DNA of 64,000 bases from IMG/VR virus record IMGVR_UViG_3300035180_000343, positions 1-64,000 of that record; one strand, 5' to 3'. The notes below the pieces were generated by a model. It saw only the letters and a list, made by a program, of their open reading frames with translations. It ran no database searches and was not told the origin of the DNA. The DNA comes from a virus. Numbering within the stretch: position 1 is the first letter of the stretch; every line of letters starts with the position of its first letter. Positions 18,449 through 26,998 of the stretch are shown here, in pieces. A program made the translations under genes and the position numbers.

Positions 18449-18467
18449 TGATAATTAGATAGTTCAC

Positions 18468-18498
18468 AAAAACCCAGTTAGAAATAGCTGGGTTTTTT
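18468..18498 (+). terminator. Rho-independent terminator after gp23
   Basis: AACCCAGTTA-GAAA-TAGCTGGGTT followed by a T run. Confidence 0.85.
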
Positions 18499-18499
18499 G

Positions 18500-18527
18500 T
18501 TGACTTTTTCCCCGAAAGAATATATAC
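18500..18527 (+). promoter_or_regulatory. sigma70-type promoter
   Basis: TTGACT-16 bp-TATACT. Confidence 0.6.
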
Positions 18528-18559
18528 TTTATTAAACATTGTGATGAAGGAGTTTCTAA

Positions 18560-18676
18560 ATGTTTAAATTAATTTCTAAACTGGCTTTAGCATGGTTCTT
18601 AGTTTTTGTAGTCTTCCCGTTTGTTGTTCTTGCGGTAGGATTCACAATCCTTTGGGCAGTTGAAACCTACCTCTAA
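18560..18676 (+). CDS. 38-aa single-pass membrane microprotein (MFKLISKLALAWFLVFVVFPFVVLAVGFTILWAVETYL)
   Basis: Hand-translated, with AAGGAG RBS. Absent from the ORF track. Confidence 0.7.
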   Translation: MFKLISKLALAWFLVFVVFPFVVLAVGFTILWAVETYL

Positions 18677-18695
18677 CTTTTGAAGGAAATTTAAG

Positions 18696-18863
18696 ATGGA
18701 AAATAAAATTACGATTGAATTGACTGAACAAGAAATCAATGTGATTCTTCACGCATTGTCTCTTCTTCCATATAAAGATGTATTTTCAACTGTTGACACT
18801 GTGATGCGTCAAGGTCGAAATGCTTTGGGCATTGCCTCAAAGGGAAACGATAATGACAATTGA
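18696..18863 (+). CDS. 55-aa hypothetical protein (MENKITIELTEQEINVILHALSLLPYKDVF...)
   Basis: Hand-translated, with AAGGA RBS. Overlaps the gp3 start. Confidence 0.75.
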   Translation: MENKITIELTEQEINVILHALSLLPYKDVFSTVDTVMRQGRNALGIASKGNDNDN

Positions 18864-19392
18864 TATCGATGGGCAACCCAAGGTTATCAACTTTCTTCAG
18901 ACGAATTCGTTTTTGGCGGTAATTGACAGAATTCCAGCTATCAATTATACTTGTCAAAATGTTTCGACACCTGGGATTAGTGCATCTGCTGCAGAACTGC
19001 CAACGCCATTTAAAGATCTATCAATGCCTGGCGACAACGTAGTATATGATGACTTGTCATTTACTTTTATTATAACATCTGATTTGTCAAACTATCTTGC
19101 TATCAAGCATTGGATGGAAGGATACGCATTCCCAGAATCTTATGAGGAATATACACAGTTCTTAACAGACAAGAAGCCACAGTTAAAGAATCCGGTATTG
19201 AACATGACATCTGACATTTCTGTTCAAGTTCTATCCAATAAGAAGAATAGGATTGCAACATTCCAGTTCAGCAATTGTTTCCCGAATTCGTTAGGAGGAC
19301 TGAACTTAGATGTAACGGATAGTGACACTTCTGTCATCACTGCTGATGTCAGTTTTTCTTTTGCTAATTTCTATGTAGACGTTGCGGTATGA
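18853..19392 (+). CDS. gp3: Tail completion / sheath stabiliser
   Basis: NFLQTNSF, PGDNVVYDDLSFTF, FSNCFPNSLGGLNLD. Start placed at MTIDID. Confidence 0.9.
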   Translation: MTIDIDGQPKVINFLQTNSFLAVIDRIPAINYTCQNVSTPGISASAAELPTPFKDLSMPGDNVVYDDLSFTFIITSDLSNYLAIKHWMEGYAFPESYEEYTQFLTDKKPQLKNPVLNMTSDISVQVLSNKKNRIATFQFSNCFPNSLGGLNLDVTDSDTSVITADVSFSFANFYVDVAV

Positions 19393-19952
19393 TTTCCGAG
19401 GGAAAACAAGTTGGGGTGTTGTATCATTTTACTACTCCACAAGCACTCAACAAGTTGCTCGATGCGTCATATCAAAAAGAGCTCCATGACAAGGGAGATG
19501 TTTTGACGTTTGTTTCAATGTTTGGTCATTTGTCAACGACACGGAACTATCAGTTGAGCACAGACCCTGAACAAGTCTTAAAAGACGGAGATTTGTCAAT
19601 TAAACGAGGATTTTGTGTTAGAATTGCGTTTGATGGAGTCAAAATCGGCGACAAATCTAAGGTTAGGCCTATTGTTTGGGTATCTGCTCAACACAAAGAG
19701 CGAGTGGACAAAAAGGAACAAGAAAGAGAAGAAATCATCTCGAACAAATCTGGAATATTCGATCTTTCCGAATACATTTTGTCCATCGATGTATATGGTT
19801 ATACACCAGAAATCGTTGAATGGTACAAACAAGTTAAACCAAAGATTGAGGCACTTGGAATTCGAACTGAGATGCGAAAGAAGTGGTCGATTGTAAAAGA
19901 AGACGTTTTGACGTTCAAAGAATTTTTGGCATACGACATCACGGAAAGTTAG
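19389..19952 (+). CDS. Hypothetical protein, possible ART-like fold, with C-terminal LTFKEFL motif
   Basis: GVLYHFT motif and EQEREEI. ATGA-coupled to gp3. Confidence 0.6.
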   Translation: MISEGKQVGVLYHFTTPQALNKLLDASYQKELHDKGDVLTFVSMFGHLSTTRNYQLSTDPEQVLKDGDLSIKRGFCVRIAFDGVKIGDKSKVRPIVWVSAQHKERVDKKEQEREEIISNKSGIFDLSEYILSIDVYGYTPEIVEWYKQVKPKIEALGIRTEMRKKWSIVKEDVLTFKEFLAYDITES

Positions 19953-19981
19953 TCAATTTCAAACTTCAAGTGACAATTTGT

Positions 19982-20046
19982 CTTTAGAATCAATTAGTTA
20001 TATGATTAACTTAAAGTAAAAATAGTTCTTAAAAATCAATGACTTA
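19982..20046 (+). repeat. 65-bp element, copy 1 (inverted copy at 57446-57510)
   Basis: 58/65 identical to the reverse complement of copy 2 by manual alignment. Confidence 0.9.
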
Positions 20047-20050
20047 TACG

Positions 20051-20125
20051 TTTGATGTGTTTGGCGAGTCTTTTTGATACAATGACCCGTCTTTATTGTT
20101 TTTAACACTCGCCAAATGCATCAAA
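20051..20125 (+). promoter_or_regulatory. 19-bp stem hairpin upstream of uvsY
   Basis: TTTGATGTGTTTGGCGAGT ... ACTCGCCAAATGCATCAAA, fully paired if two G-U pairs are allowed. Confidence 0.75.
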
Positions 20126-20157
20126 TGATTAAGAAGTGAGGAACGACGAGGCTCTGA

Positions 20158-20586
20158 ATGAAATTAGAAGAATTGTTGCAGATGGCGGAGGAAGACTCGG
20201 TTATAAATGAAGCAATGTTAGGCAAAGAGTCGATGAAAATTTCTGCATTGCATGCGAAGTGGCTTAATTTTCGAACCAAAGAATCTATGTTAATGAAGAA
20301 GTATAAGATGGATTGGAGACGTCTTTATATTGAGCGTCGAGAATATTATTTGGGTCGAGCTGACTCATCCGTATATAAAGCAGAACCATTGGATGTGAAG
20401 ATTCTTCGGGGTGAGGTCGACAAATATCTCGAATCCGATTTGAAGCTTCAAGAGTTGACGACAAAGATTGAAATTCAACAGGAAAAGGTTGACTTCTGTG
20501 CAGACTTTCTTAAAGGAATAATGCAACGAACATTCAATATCAAAAATGCGATTGAGTTTCAAAAATTGTTGGCGGGAGTTGTATAA
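20158..20586 (+). CDS. uvsY: Recombination mediator
   Basis: LHAKWL, REYYLGRA, EVDKYLESD and RTFNIKNAIEFQK motifs. Confidence 0.93.
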   Translation: MKLEELLQMAEEDSVINEAMLGKESMKISALHAKWLNFRTKESMLMKKYKMDWRRLYIERREYYLGRADSSVYKAEPLDVKILRGEVDKYLESDLKLQELTTKIEIQQEKVDFCADFLKGIMQRTFNIKNAIEFQKLLAGVV

Positions 20587-20593
20587 ATAGTGG

Positions 20594-22183
20594 ATGTCGC
20601 GAATCCATTTCTCTTATCTAAATTCATCCGAATTCAAGCTCATTGCTGACGAAGATGTTTATAGAACTCTTCATGAGAAATTCAAATACTTCGCTCCAGG
20701 ATATCAATTCCATCCACAATATAAGAAACGCAATTGGGATGGAAAAGTTGCCTTCTTTAACATCAAGACGCATACGATGGCGATTGGTCATTTTAAAGAA
20801 GCATACAAATATATAGTAGATCTTTTCCACACTGAAGCTGAAATCAAAGTCGATCAACGTCTTAAAGATATCTTTATTGAATCGGGGGTTAAAGATAAAG
20901 AAATTGAGGAGTTCATCAATTCTTTAAATCTTCACGCATATAATAAAAAAATCGAACCGAGAGACTATCAAGTAGAAGCAATTAAACAATGCATTAAGCA
21001 GGAAAGAATAATCATAGAATCCCCAACATCAAGTGGAAAGTCGTTGGTTATCTATAGTGTCATTCGGTGGTTTCTCGAACATCACCCATCCCCAAAGATT
21101 ATCTTAGTTGTCCCAAACGTTTCACTGATTAAACAGTTATTTTCTGATTTTGTGGACTATAGTTCCCATAACGGGTTCGACCCAAATGAATTTGTCGGAG
21201 TTGTTAGTGGCAATCTAAAAGATTATTCAAAACAACTCACCATTTGCAACTGGCAAGCAGTCTATAAGAATGATGCTAATTTCTTTTCCAAATTCACCCA
21301 TGCTTTCATCGACGAATGCCACACTTCCAAGTCATTTGAGATTTCAAATATTTTCTTAAAACTGTCGAATTCTAATGTTCGAATTGGATTTACTGGAACT
21401 CTGCCACCACACGAAACAGATCGGTTGACAATCAAAGGAATCTTTGTAAACAAATTCACACCGACGACAACTAAAGAATTGATGGATAGAGGGGAAATTG
21501 CTCCGCTAAAGATTAAAGCAGTTTTGAACGACTATAAAATAAATACGAAGTTCGTTGATAAATTATTTGACTCAAACACTGTTCCGTCTTATAATAAAGA
21601 AGTAGATCAGATTATTCTTAACGTGGCCAGAAATGAGTTTATTATCAAAACTGCGAACGCTATGAAGGGAAATATTCTAGTTCTTTTTAACTTCGTACAA
21701 AAGCAGGGAAATTTTCTCTACGATATAGCAAAGACATATAAGAAAAAGGTGTATTATATTCATGGATCATGTGAAGCAGATGAACGAGAATCGATTAGAA
21801 AAATTCTTGAAACCGAAACTGATTGCATTTTAATAGCATCTTATGGCACATCGTCAACTGGAATTTCTGTTCGCAATCTCAACGGTGTTATTTTTGCTAG
21901 TCCAAGTAAAAGTTTAATTAGAGTTTTGCAGTCGATTGGCCGTGGGTTGCGATTGTCGGAGAACAAAAAAGAATGTATCTTAGTTGATATTGCAGATAGA
22001 TTTACACAATGTAAACATAAATTTCACACATATCAACATTTTTTAGAAAGATTAAAGATTTATGAGAAACAGCAATTCACAGTTGAAAAAATTAAAATTG
22101 ATAAAATATTAACTGATGAAGAGATAAAGGCCGCATTTGATCTTTCAAAACAATTTAAACCTCCAAAGAAGAAATCAAGATGA
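20594..22183 (+). CDS. uvsW: SF2 DNA helicase
   Basis: PRDYQ, SPTSSGKS, DECH, GFTGT, LQSIGRGLR. Internal late promoter at 20582-20589. Confidence 0.96.
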   Translation: MSRIHFSYLNSSEFKLIADEDVYRTLHEKFKYFAPGYQFHPQYKKRNWDGKVAFFNIKTHTMAIGHFKEAYKYIVDLFHTEAEIKVDQRLKDIFIESGVKDKEIEEFINSLNLHAYNKKIEPRDYQVEAIKQCIKQERIIIESPTSSGKSLVIYSVIRWFLEHHPSPKIILVVPNVSLIKQLFSDFVDYSSHNGFDPNEFVGVVSGNLKDYSKQLTICNWQAVYKNDANFFSKFTHAFIDECHTSKSFEISNIFLKLSNSNVRIGFTGTLPPHETDRLTIKGIFVNKFTPTTTKELMDRGEIAPLKIKAVLNDYKINTKFVDKLFDSNTVPSYNKEVDQIILNVARNEFIIKTANAMKGNILVLFNFVQKQGNFLYDIAKTYKKKVYYIHGSCEADERESIRKILETETDCILIASYGTSSTGISVRNLNGVIFASPSKSLIRVLQSIGRGLRLSENKKECILVDIADRFTQCKHKFHTYQHFLERLKIYEKQQFTVEKIKIDKILTDEEIKAAFDLSKQFKPPKKKSR

Positions 22184-22374
22184 AACGTAATTACAAGTTT
22201 GATGACGAAGAACGCACACCGAGACAATTCATCCAGGTGAATTCAAGCGGACTGCTTTTCATGCATTGGATCGATTCGATTGATGATGTAGAAGAGAAGA
22301 AAATTGCTGTCGAGAAAATCATCACAAACCAGCTACTAATTAACAACGCGTTGATTTCAACAACTTTACACTAA
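22180..22374 (+). CDS. Hypothetical protein
   Basis: ATGA-coupled to uvsW. Confidence 0.55.
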   Translation: MKRNYKFDDEERTPRQFIQVNSSGLLFMHWIDSIDDVEEKKIAVEKIITNQLLINNALISTTLH

Positions 22375-22383
22375 GGAAATACT

Positions 22384-22647
22384 ATGACCATTCTAACTTT
22401 CAAAGATTTCGTTTCAGAGGCATTGGACACTGAAGACGAAGTAGTAGCAAAACTTAATTCTCTTGGATTCTCAGTGGAGCGAAACGATTCCAATTACTTC
22501 ATTCTAACTGTTGCCAAGGACGCACCAGCGGAAGTTCAAAAATTGTATGGATCGAAGAAGCTGAACTATCCAAACCTAGATCAGGTAAAACGATTCATCT
22601 CTGCTTTGCCAAGATCAGTCACTCATCCAAAGAAGGCAAAACAATGA
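22384..22647 (+). CDS. Small protein with a capsid-targeting-like N-terminus (LTFKDFVSE)
   Basis: AAGGA RBS and a CTS-like motif. Confidence 0.7.
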   Translation: MTILTFKDFVSEALDTEDEVVAKLNSLGFSVERNDSNYFILTVAKDAPAEVQKLYGSKKLNYPNLDQVKRFISALPRSVTHPKKAKQ

Positions 22648-23153
22648 ACACTTTGAAATTTGCGGTGGTTGTGCTAACAGTTGTAGTACAATCAGCATTT
22701 GCTGGAGAATTGCCAAACCAACAGCTAACTCCAGGAGCAATCAATCCTTCCGTTACTCAATCAAATATCCACCAGACGATTTGTGTTGCTGGGTGGACAA
22801 AGACTATTCGCCCGTCCACAAGCTACACTAACCGCGTCAAGCGTGCATCAATGGCGGCATATGGCATACCTGCCGCCGACATCGATAAGATCGAGTTGGA
22901 TCACTTGTTGTCCCTTGAGGTCGGTGGTGCTCCATTCGATCCTAAGAACTTGTGGCCAGAGTATTGGTATCTGAATGTTAATGGGCGTGACGAAGGTGCC
23001 CATCAGAAGGACAAGGCAGAAACTGCAACGAACCGTGCTGTTTGTGATGGCAGGATTACGTTAATCGAAGCACAAAAGCAATTGATGACAGACTGGCGAG
23101 TGTTATATTATCGTTTCGTCGCAAAAGAATTTCCGAAGTTCATTCAGAAGTAA
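22644..23153 (+). CDS. Secreted HNH-like (bba-metal) nuclease
   Basis: Signal peptide ending in AFA, and ELDHLLSLEVGGAP..PKNLWPE. Confidence 0.7.
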   Translation: MNTLKFAVVVLTVVVQSAFAGELPNQQLTPGAINPSVTQSNIHQTICVAGWTKTIRPSTSYTNRVKRASMAAYGIPAADIDKIELDHLLSLEVGGAPFDPKNLWPEYWYLNVNGRDEGAHQKDKAETATNRAVCDGRITLIEAQKQLMTDWRVLYYRFVAKEFPKFIQK

Positions 23154-23160
23154 ATCTGCG

Positions 23161-23634
23161 CTAAGATAGGAAAAGGGATTGTTCTTTCGTTCTACGTCTG
23201 ACCAATCCCTTTAGTTCAACTCCGCCAGCTCTTGTCCATTTCATGAATTCCTCGGCTGCCCCCTTAAAATCGTTGGCTAAGATTTTCTTTCTTAGTGTTG
23301 ATTTTTCAAGCGTACCTTCTCCGAGATTGTAGCAAAAATCACATAGAGCTGCTAACTGGTTTGCGGAAAGATCGACTCCGTCAAACATTTTAACAGTTAA
23401 GTTCATCTTATTTCTAACGACATCTGTTAAATCTTTGTCTGCTTCTTGTTGAGTTATATTTGGATATTTTGAAAGATTCTCAAATTTAACTTTTGAAAGC
23501 AGTTTGCCATAGCCAATGGTTGGATAACCAGCTGCGTCGTGATAGGCTTTTAATGAACAGCCTTCAAATTCTTTACACAATTGAATTGTAATGTCAATTG
23601 CTTGATCTATCGTTTCTTGGTTCATGGTTGGCAC
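23161..23634 (-). CDS. GH24 phage lysozyme (endolysin)
   Basis: EFEGCSLKAYHDAAGYPTIGYG and GLVRRRTKE motifs. Confidence 0.93.
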   Translation of the reverse strand: MPTMNQETIDQAIDITIQLCKEFEGCSLKAYHDAAGYPTIGYGKLLSKVKFENLSKYPNITQQEADKDLTDVVRNKMNLTVKMFDGVDLSANQLAALCDFCYNLGEGTLEKSTLRKKILANDFKGAAEEFMKWTRAGGVELKGLVRRRTKEQSLFLS

Positions 23635-24087
23635 TCAATTTTTGATGTTCAAATCTTTTTCGGTGAGAATTAGGAATTGCATTCCGTGTTTCATCGCGAA
23701 TGCTTCTGCTGCTTTCCATTTTGCTAAGTTCTTAGAATACGTTGAAACCTCATTTAACATAGTCTTTTTTCGCCTTCCCTTTGAAATCTTAGGAGGCTTG
23801 GTTTGAGATGATGGTTTGATTTCAATTAAACAAGTAGCAATAGTGTTATCTGCTCGCTTAACCTTTATCCAAAAATCCACGAAATATCTATGAGATTTCC
23901 CATCCCCTTCCCAGAAATATGGAACTACTATTTCCTCTGATGCCCAAGAAATCACGTCTTGGTGTCTATCGCACCATAGCATGAACTTTCGTTCGAATGA
24001 AGAACGATAAATGATTTGTGAAACATCCCCTACATACTTTTCTGGATGTTTTGGATTGAATTTTCCTTGAAGGAAGTTGAAAGCCAC
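23635..24087 (-). CDS. gp4: Head completion nuclease
   Basis: GKFNPKHPEKY.GD, YRSSFE, HRYFVDF and IEIKP motifs. Confidence 0.93.
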   Translation of the reverse strand: MAFNFLQGKFNPKHPEKYVGDVSQIIYRSSFERKFMLWCDRHQDVISWASEEIVVPYFWEGDGKSHRYFVDFWIKVKRADNTIATCLIEIKPSSQTKPPKISKGRRKKTMLNEVSTYSKNLAKWKAAEAFAMKHGMQFLILTEKDLNIKN

Positions 24088-24099
24088 GGTTTCTCGAAC

Positions 24100-24129
24100 G
24101 ATAAATAGTTATTTACAAAGCTATTTATC
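24100..24129. promoter_or_regulatory. Crossed late promoters for gp48 (+) and gp4 (-)
   Basis: GATAAATAG (24100-24108) and CTATTTATC (24121-24129) form an inverted repeat. Confidence 0.7.
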
Positions 24130-24140
24130 GGTGGCTCAAA

Positions 24141-25199
24141 ATGTTGTTTGATTATACAACTCTTTCAATGCCGACACCAACACAGGCAGAACTACAAAAC
24201 GACAAAAACCCAAGTAGTGCTGCCCCGCCCACGAACAGTGGCAAACCAGTAGTGGAGGGGTTGACCGCACTTGGAAATAACTTGAAGTTCCCATCGGACC
24301 TTGGATCAGCTGGAAATTCTCATAGTGTTACTTTCTTTATTAGTGTAGTCGAGAATAGCCAGAATAAAAAGAGTTACGGGAATAGAATTTCAAGCGATTC
24401 TCCCTTATATCAAAGAGATGGCGTGTCTTCGGCAAGTAAAATGATTTCAAACGTTAGTTCAGGAAAAGTGATTACAAGTTACAAGAGGTTGAAGAATACT
24501 ATTCGGCTTCCATTCCCAGATAATATTGTGACGAACTATACCTTGAATTGGGATCAGGATGCAGCTGGACTTGCATTAGAACTGGGAACGGCTATTGACG
24601 GAATCGCTGGTTCAGAAAAGAAAATGAAGGATGCGATAAAAATTGCTACCACCTATGCTATTCATGGTGCAGGTTCGATGTTAAATTTTGTGGGCGCAGA
24701 CTCCCTAGCCAATGGTGCTCAACTTGGAACTAAGCAAGTTAGAAATCCAAGAATTGAAGTATTATTTAAGGGAGTTAATAATAGAACATTCGATATGAGC
24801 TGGGATTTCTTTCCATCAAACGAACAAGAAGCAGCCGATATCAGAATGATTCTTCAATCGTTTAAACACCATGCTCACCCAGAACTTGTAGATGGAACTG
24901 CTGGAGCATTCTTCCTTTATCCATCGGTTTTCGATATTGAACTACGAACTGGCGATGTGCAGAACCCATGGTTATTCCAAACGTCGACCTGTGCGTTAAC
25001 TAACATTTCAATCAATATGACGCCAACTGGAACATGGAATGCAGTTGAGGGGAGCAACAATCAACACTTTCCGGCACCAGTTGGATATTCATTGACATTG
25101 AGTTTTATGGAAATGGAAGTTCTTACAAAGAATAATATACAAGAAGCATGGGCCGAACGTTCTTCAAAAGCTGGATCAAAAACAGAGTTGAGGTTCTAA
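24141..25199 (+). CDS. gp48: Baseplate tail-tube cap
   Basis: NPRIEVLFKGVNNRTF, FFLYPSVFDI and LSFMEMEVLTK motifs. Confidence 0.9.
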   Translation: MLFDYTTLSMPTPTQAELQNDKNPSSAAPPTNSGKPVVEGLTALGNNLKFPSDLGSAGNSHSVTFFISVVENSQNKKSYGNRISSDSPLYQRDGVSSASKMISNVSSGKVITSYKRLKNTIRLPFPDNIVTNYTLNWDQDAAGLALELGTAIDGIAGSEKKMKDAIKIATTYAIHGAGSMLNFVGADSLANGAQLGTKQVRNPRIEVLFKGVNNRTFDMSWDFFPSNEQEAADIRMILQSFKHHAHPELVDGTAGAFFLYPSVFDIELRTGDVQNPWLFQTSTCALTNISINMTPTGTWNAVEGSNNQHFPAPVGYSLTLSFMEMEVLTKNNIQEAWAERSSKAGSKTELRF

Positions 25200-25721
25200 A
25201 TGTCAATCGACTATTTCAGCAATTTCCCAAGCATCTACTATTTTTTCAATGGAGATGAGTCAACTGCAATTAAGGTTCCTCATATCTTAAGAAGATTTAA
25301 GATACTAGATTTCTACGAAAAAAATCCAGATTTGTTTGACGAATATTTTGTTAACGATGGCGATAGACCAGATTTGATTGCGTTGAAATTATATGACAAT
25401 TCATATCTATACTGGCTGATATATCTAGCAAACTCAATCGTAAACCCAACAGATTTCCCGAAATCGTCATACGAACTGGATCGGTTTATTGAGATGAAAT
25501 ATGGTGTCGGAAATCAATTTGGCATTCATCATTATGTGAATAATGCTGGACACGTAGTAGATGCAACCGATCCTCAAGCAACAATTGTTACTAATATCAT
25601 GTACGAAGAATCCCTGAACAATGCAAAACGGTCAATCAGAGTATTGAAGCGAAAATATGTAGATTATATTTTGCGCGAAGTTTCGAATATCGTGCAAGAT
25701 TTAGACTCTAGGCAATCGTAG
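25200..25721 (+). CDS. gp53: Baseplate wedge subunit
   Basis: YFSNFP, GDRPDLIA.KLY, YWLI and IHHY motifs. Confidence 0.92.
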   Translation: MSIDYFSNFPSIYYFFNGDESTAIKVPHILRRFKILDFYEKNPDLFDEYFVNDGDRPDLIALKLYDNSYLYWLIYLANSIVNPTDFPKSSYELDRFIEMKYGVGNQFGIHHYVNNAGHVVDATDPQATIVTNIMYEESLNNAKRSIRVLKRKYVDYILREVSNIVQDLDSRQS

Positions 25722-25723
25722 TA

Positions 25724-26998
25724 ATGGCAACTCAATTCTTTCCTGCCCAAATAAAAATCAATAAGATTCTCATTATAAATGAGAATGATGAGATTGACAT
25801 TACCCCAATTATTGGCGAATTGAGCATATTTGAAGATATCTATTCATCCTGTGTTACTGGATCTGTATTTGTAACCGACTCGTTTGGGCTGATTCGATAT
25901 TATCCATTAACTGGGCAAGAACGTCTTTATGTTGAGTTTGACAATGCGTCGTCTTCGGAACCGTTGAAGTTTAACTTTTGGATTTATTCGGTAACTAATA
26001 GAGAAACTATATCAGACACTCTCGAATCATATTTAATAAACTTCGGTTCAATGGAAATGATTGCAAACGAAGCATCCAATATTTCGTTTGCAATGACGGA
26101 CATATATTCAAATATGGCGGCAAAGGTGTTCAAATCTTTGAACACTAACAAAAAGTTTGATATCGAAGCGACAAATCAAAATTCTATCCACCATGTTGTA
26201 TTTCCGATGTGGAAACCATTTAAAGCATTGAATTGGTTGGCGAGCAGGGCATATACGACTGCTGGTGCTGCTGGATTTATGTTTTTTGAAACAATGAGCG
26301 GGTTTGAATTCCGAAGCATTAAGACTTTGCTTCGTGCCCCAATCGCGACTTATAAGAACCCAACAACTGGAACAAATGATGAAATACGTTATTCATATGA
26401 ACCAATGAAAACTGGAACCATTGACCCATTTACAGTGTCAACATATGAGATCGTGAACACATTTGATACTCTTAGTATGTTTGAATCGGGACTTGAGTCG
26501 TCTACATTATGGGTTCATGACGATTTAGAACGCAGAGTGGAAAGACGCAAATTAGACTATCTCGACTTCTATGACGATTCAAGCAACGAACCGTCAAATA
26601 ATCCATTAGTCTATACCAAGACAATTTTTAAGTCAGCATTTGAAGAGCGGGATTCTTCAGTCAACGTAAAGAATTATGTTCAAACAAGTACGTTCAATCC
26701 CACTAATTACTATCTACGAACTCAAATGTTGAGAGAAGCATCCAATTATGTTCGAATTAGGATGAATGTTCCTGGGTTTTTTGATCTTCGGTGTGGAATG
26801 AATGTTCATCTTCAACTTCCGAATGTTGGAGCTGACCAGAGATCGGACGCAGTTACAACAAAAGAAGAACATAAAGATCCATTGCTGTCCGGAAAATGGA
26901 TGGTATCTGCCGTTAGACATATCGTAACTCTTGAGGGTTACCGAATGTCAGTTGAACTAATCCGTGATGCATATAACAATCCAAAGGTCCCACTATGA
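25724..26998 (+). CDS. Baseplate hub protein (gp27-like)
   Basis: Lies between gp53 and gp5, with FEDIYS..VTGS and LSGKWMVSAVRH motifs. Confidence 0.65.
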   Translation: MATQFFPAQIKINKILIINENDEIDITPIIGELSIFEDIYSSCVTGSVFVTDSFGLIRYYPLTGQERLYVEFDNASSSEPLKFNFWIYSVTNRETISDTLESYLINFGSMEMIANEASNISFAMTDIYSNMAAKVFKSLNTNKKFDIEATNQNSIHHVVFPMWKPFKALNWLASRAYTTAGAAGFMFFETMSGFEFRSIKTLLRAPIATYKNPTTGTNDEIRYSYEPMKTGTIDPFTVSTYEIVNTFDTLSMFESGLESSTLWVHDDLERRVERRKLDYLDFYDDSSNEPSNNPLVYTKTIFKSAFEERDSSVNVKNYVQTSTFNPTNYYLRTQMLREASNYVRIRMNVPGFFDLRCGMNVHLQLPNVGADQRSDAVTTKEEHKDPLLSGKWMVSAVRHIVTLEGYRMSVELIRDAYNNPKVPL

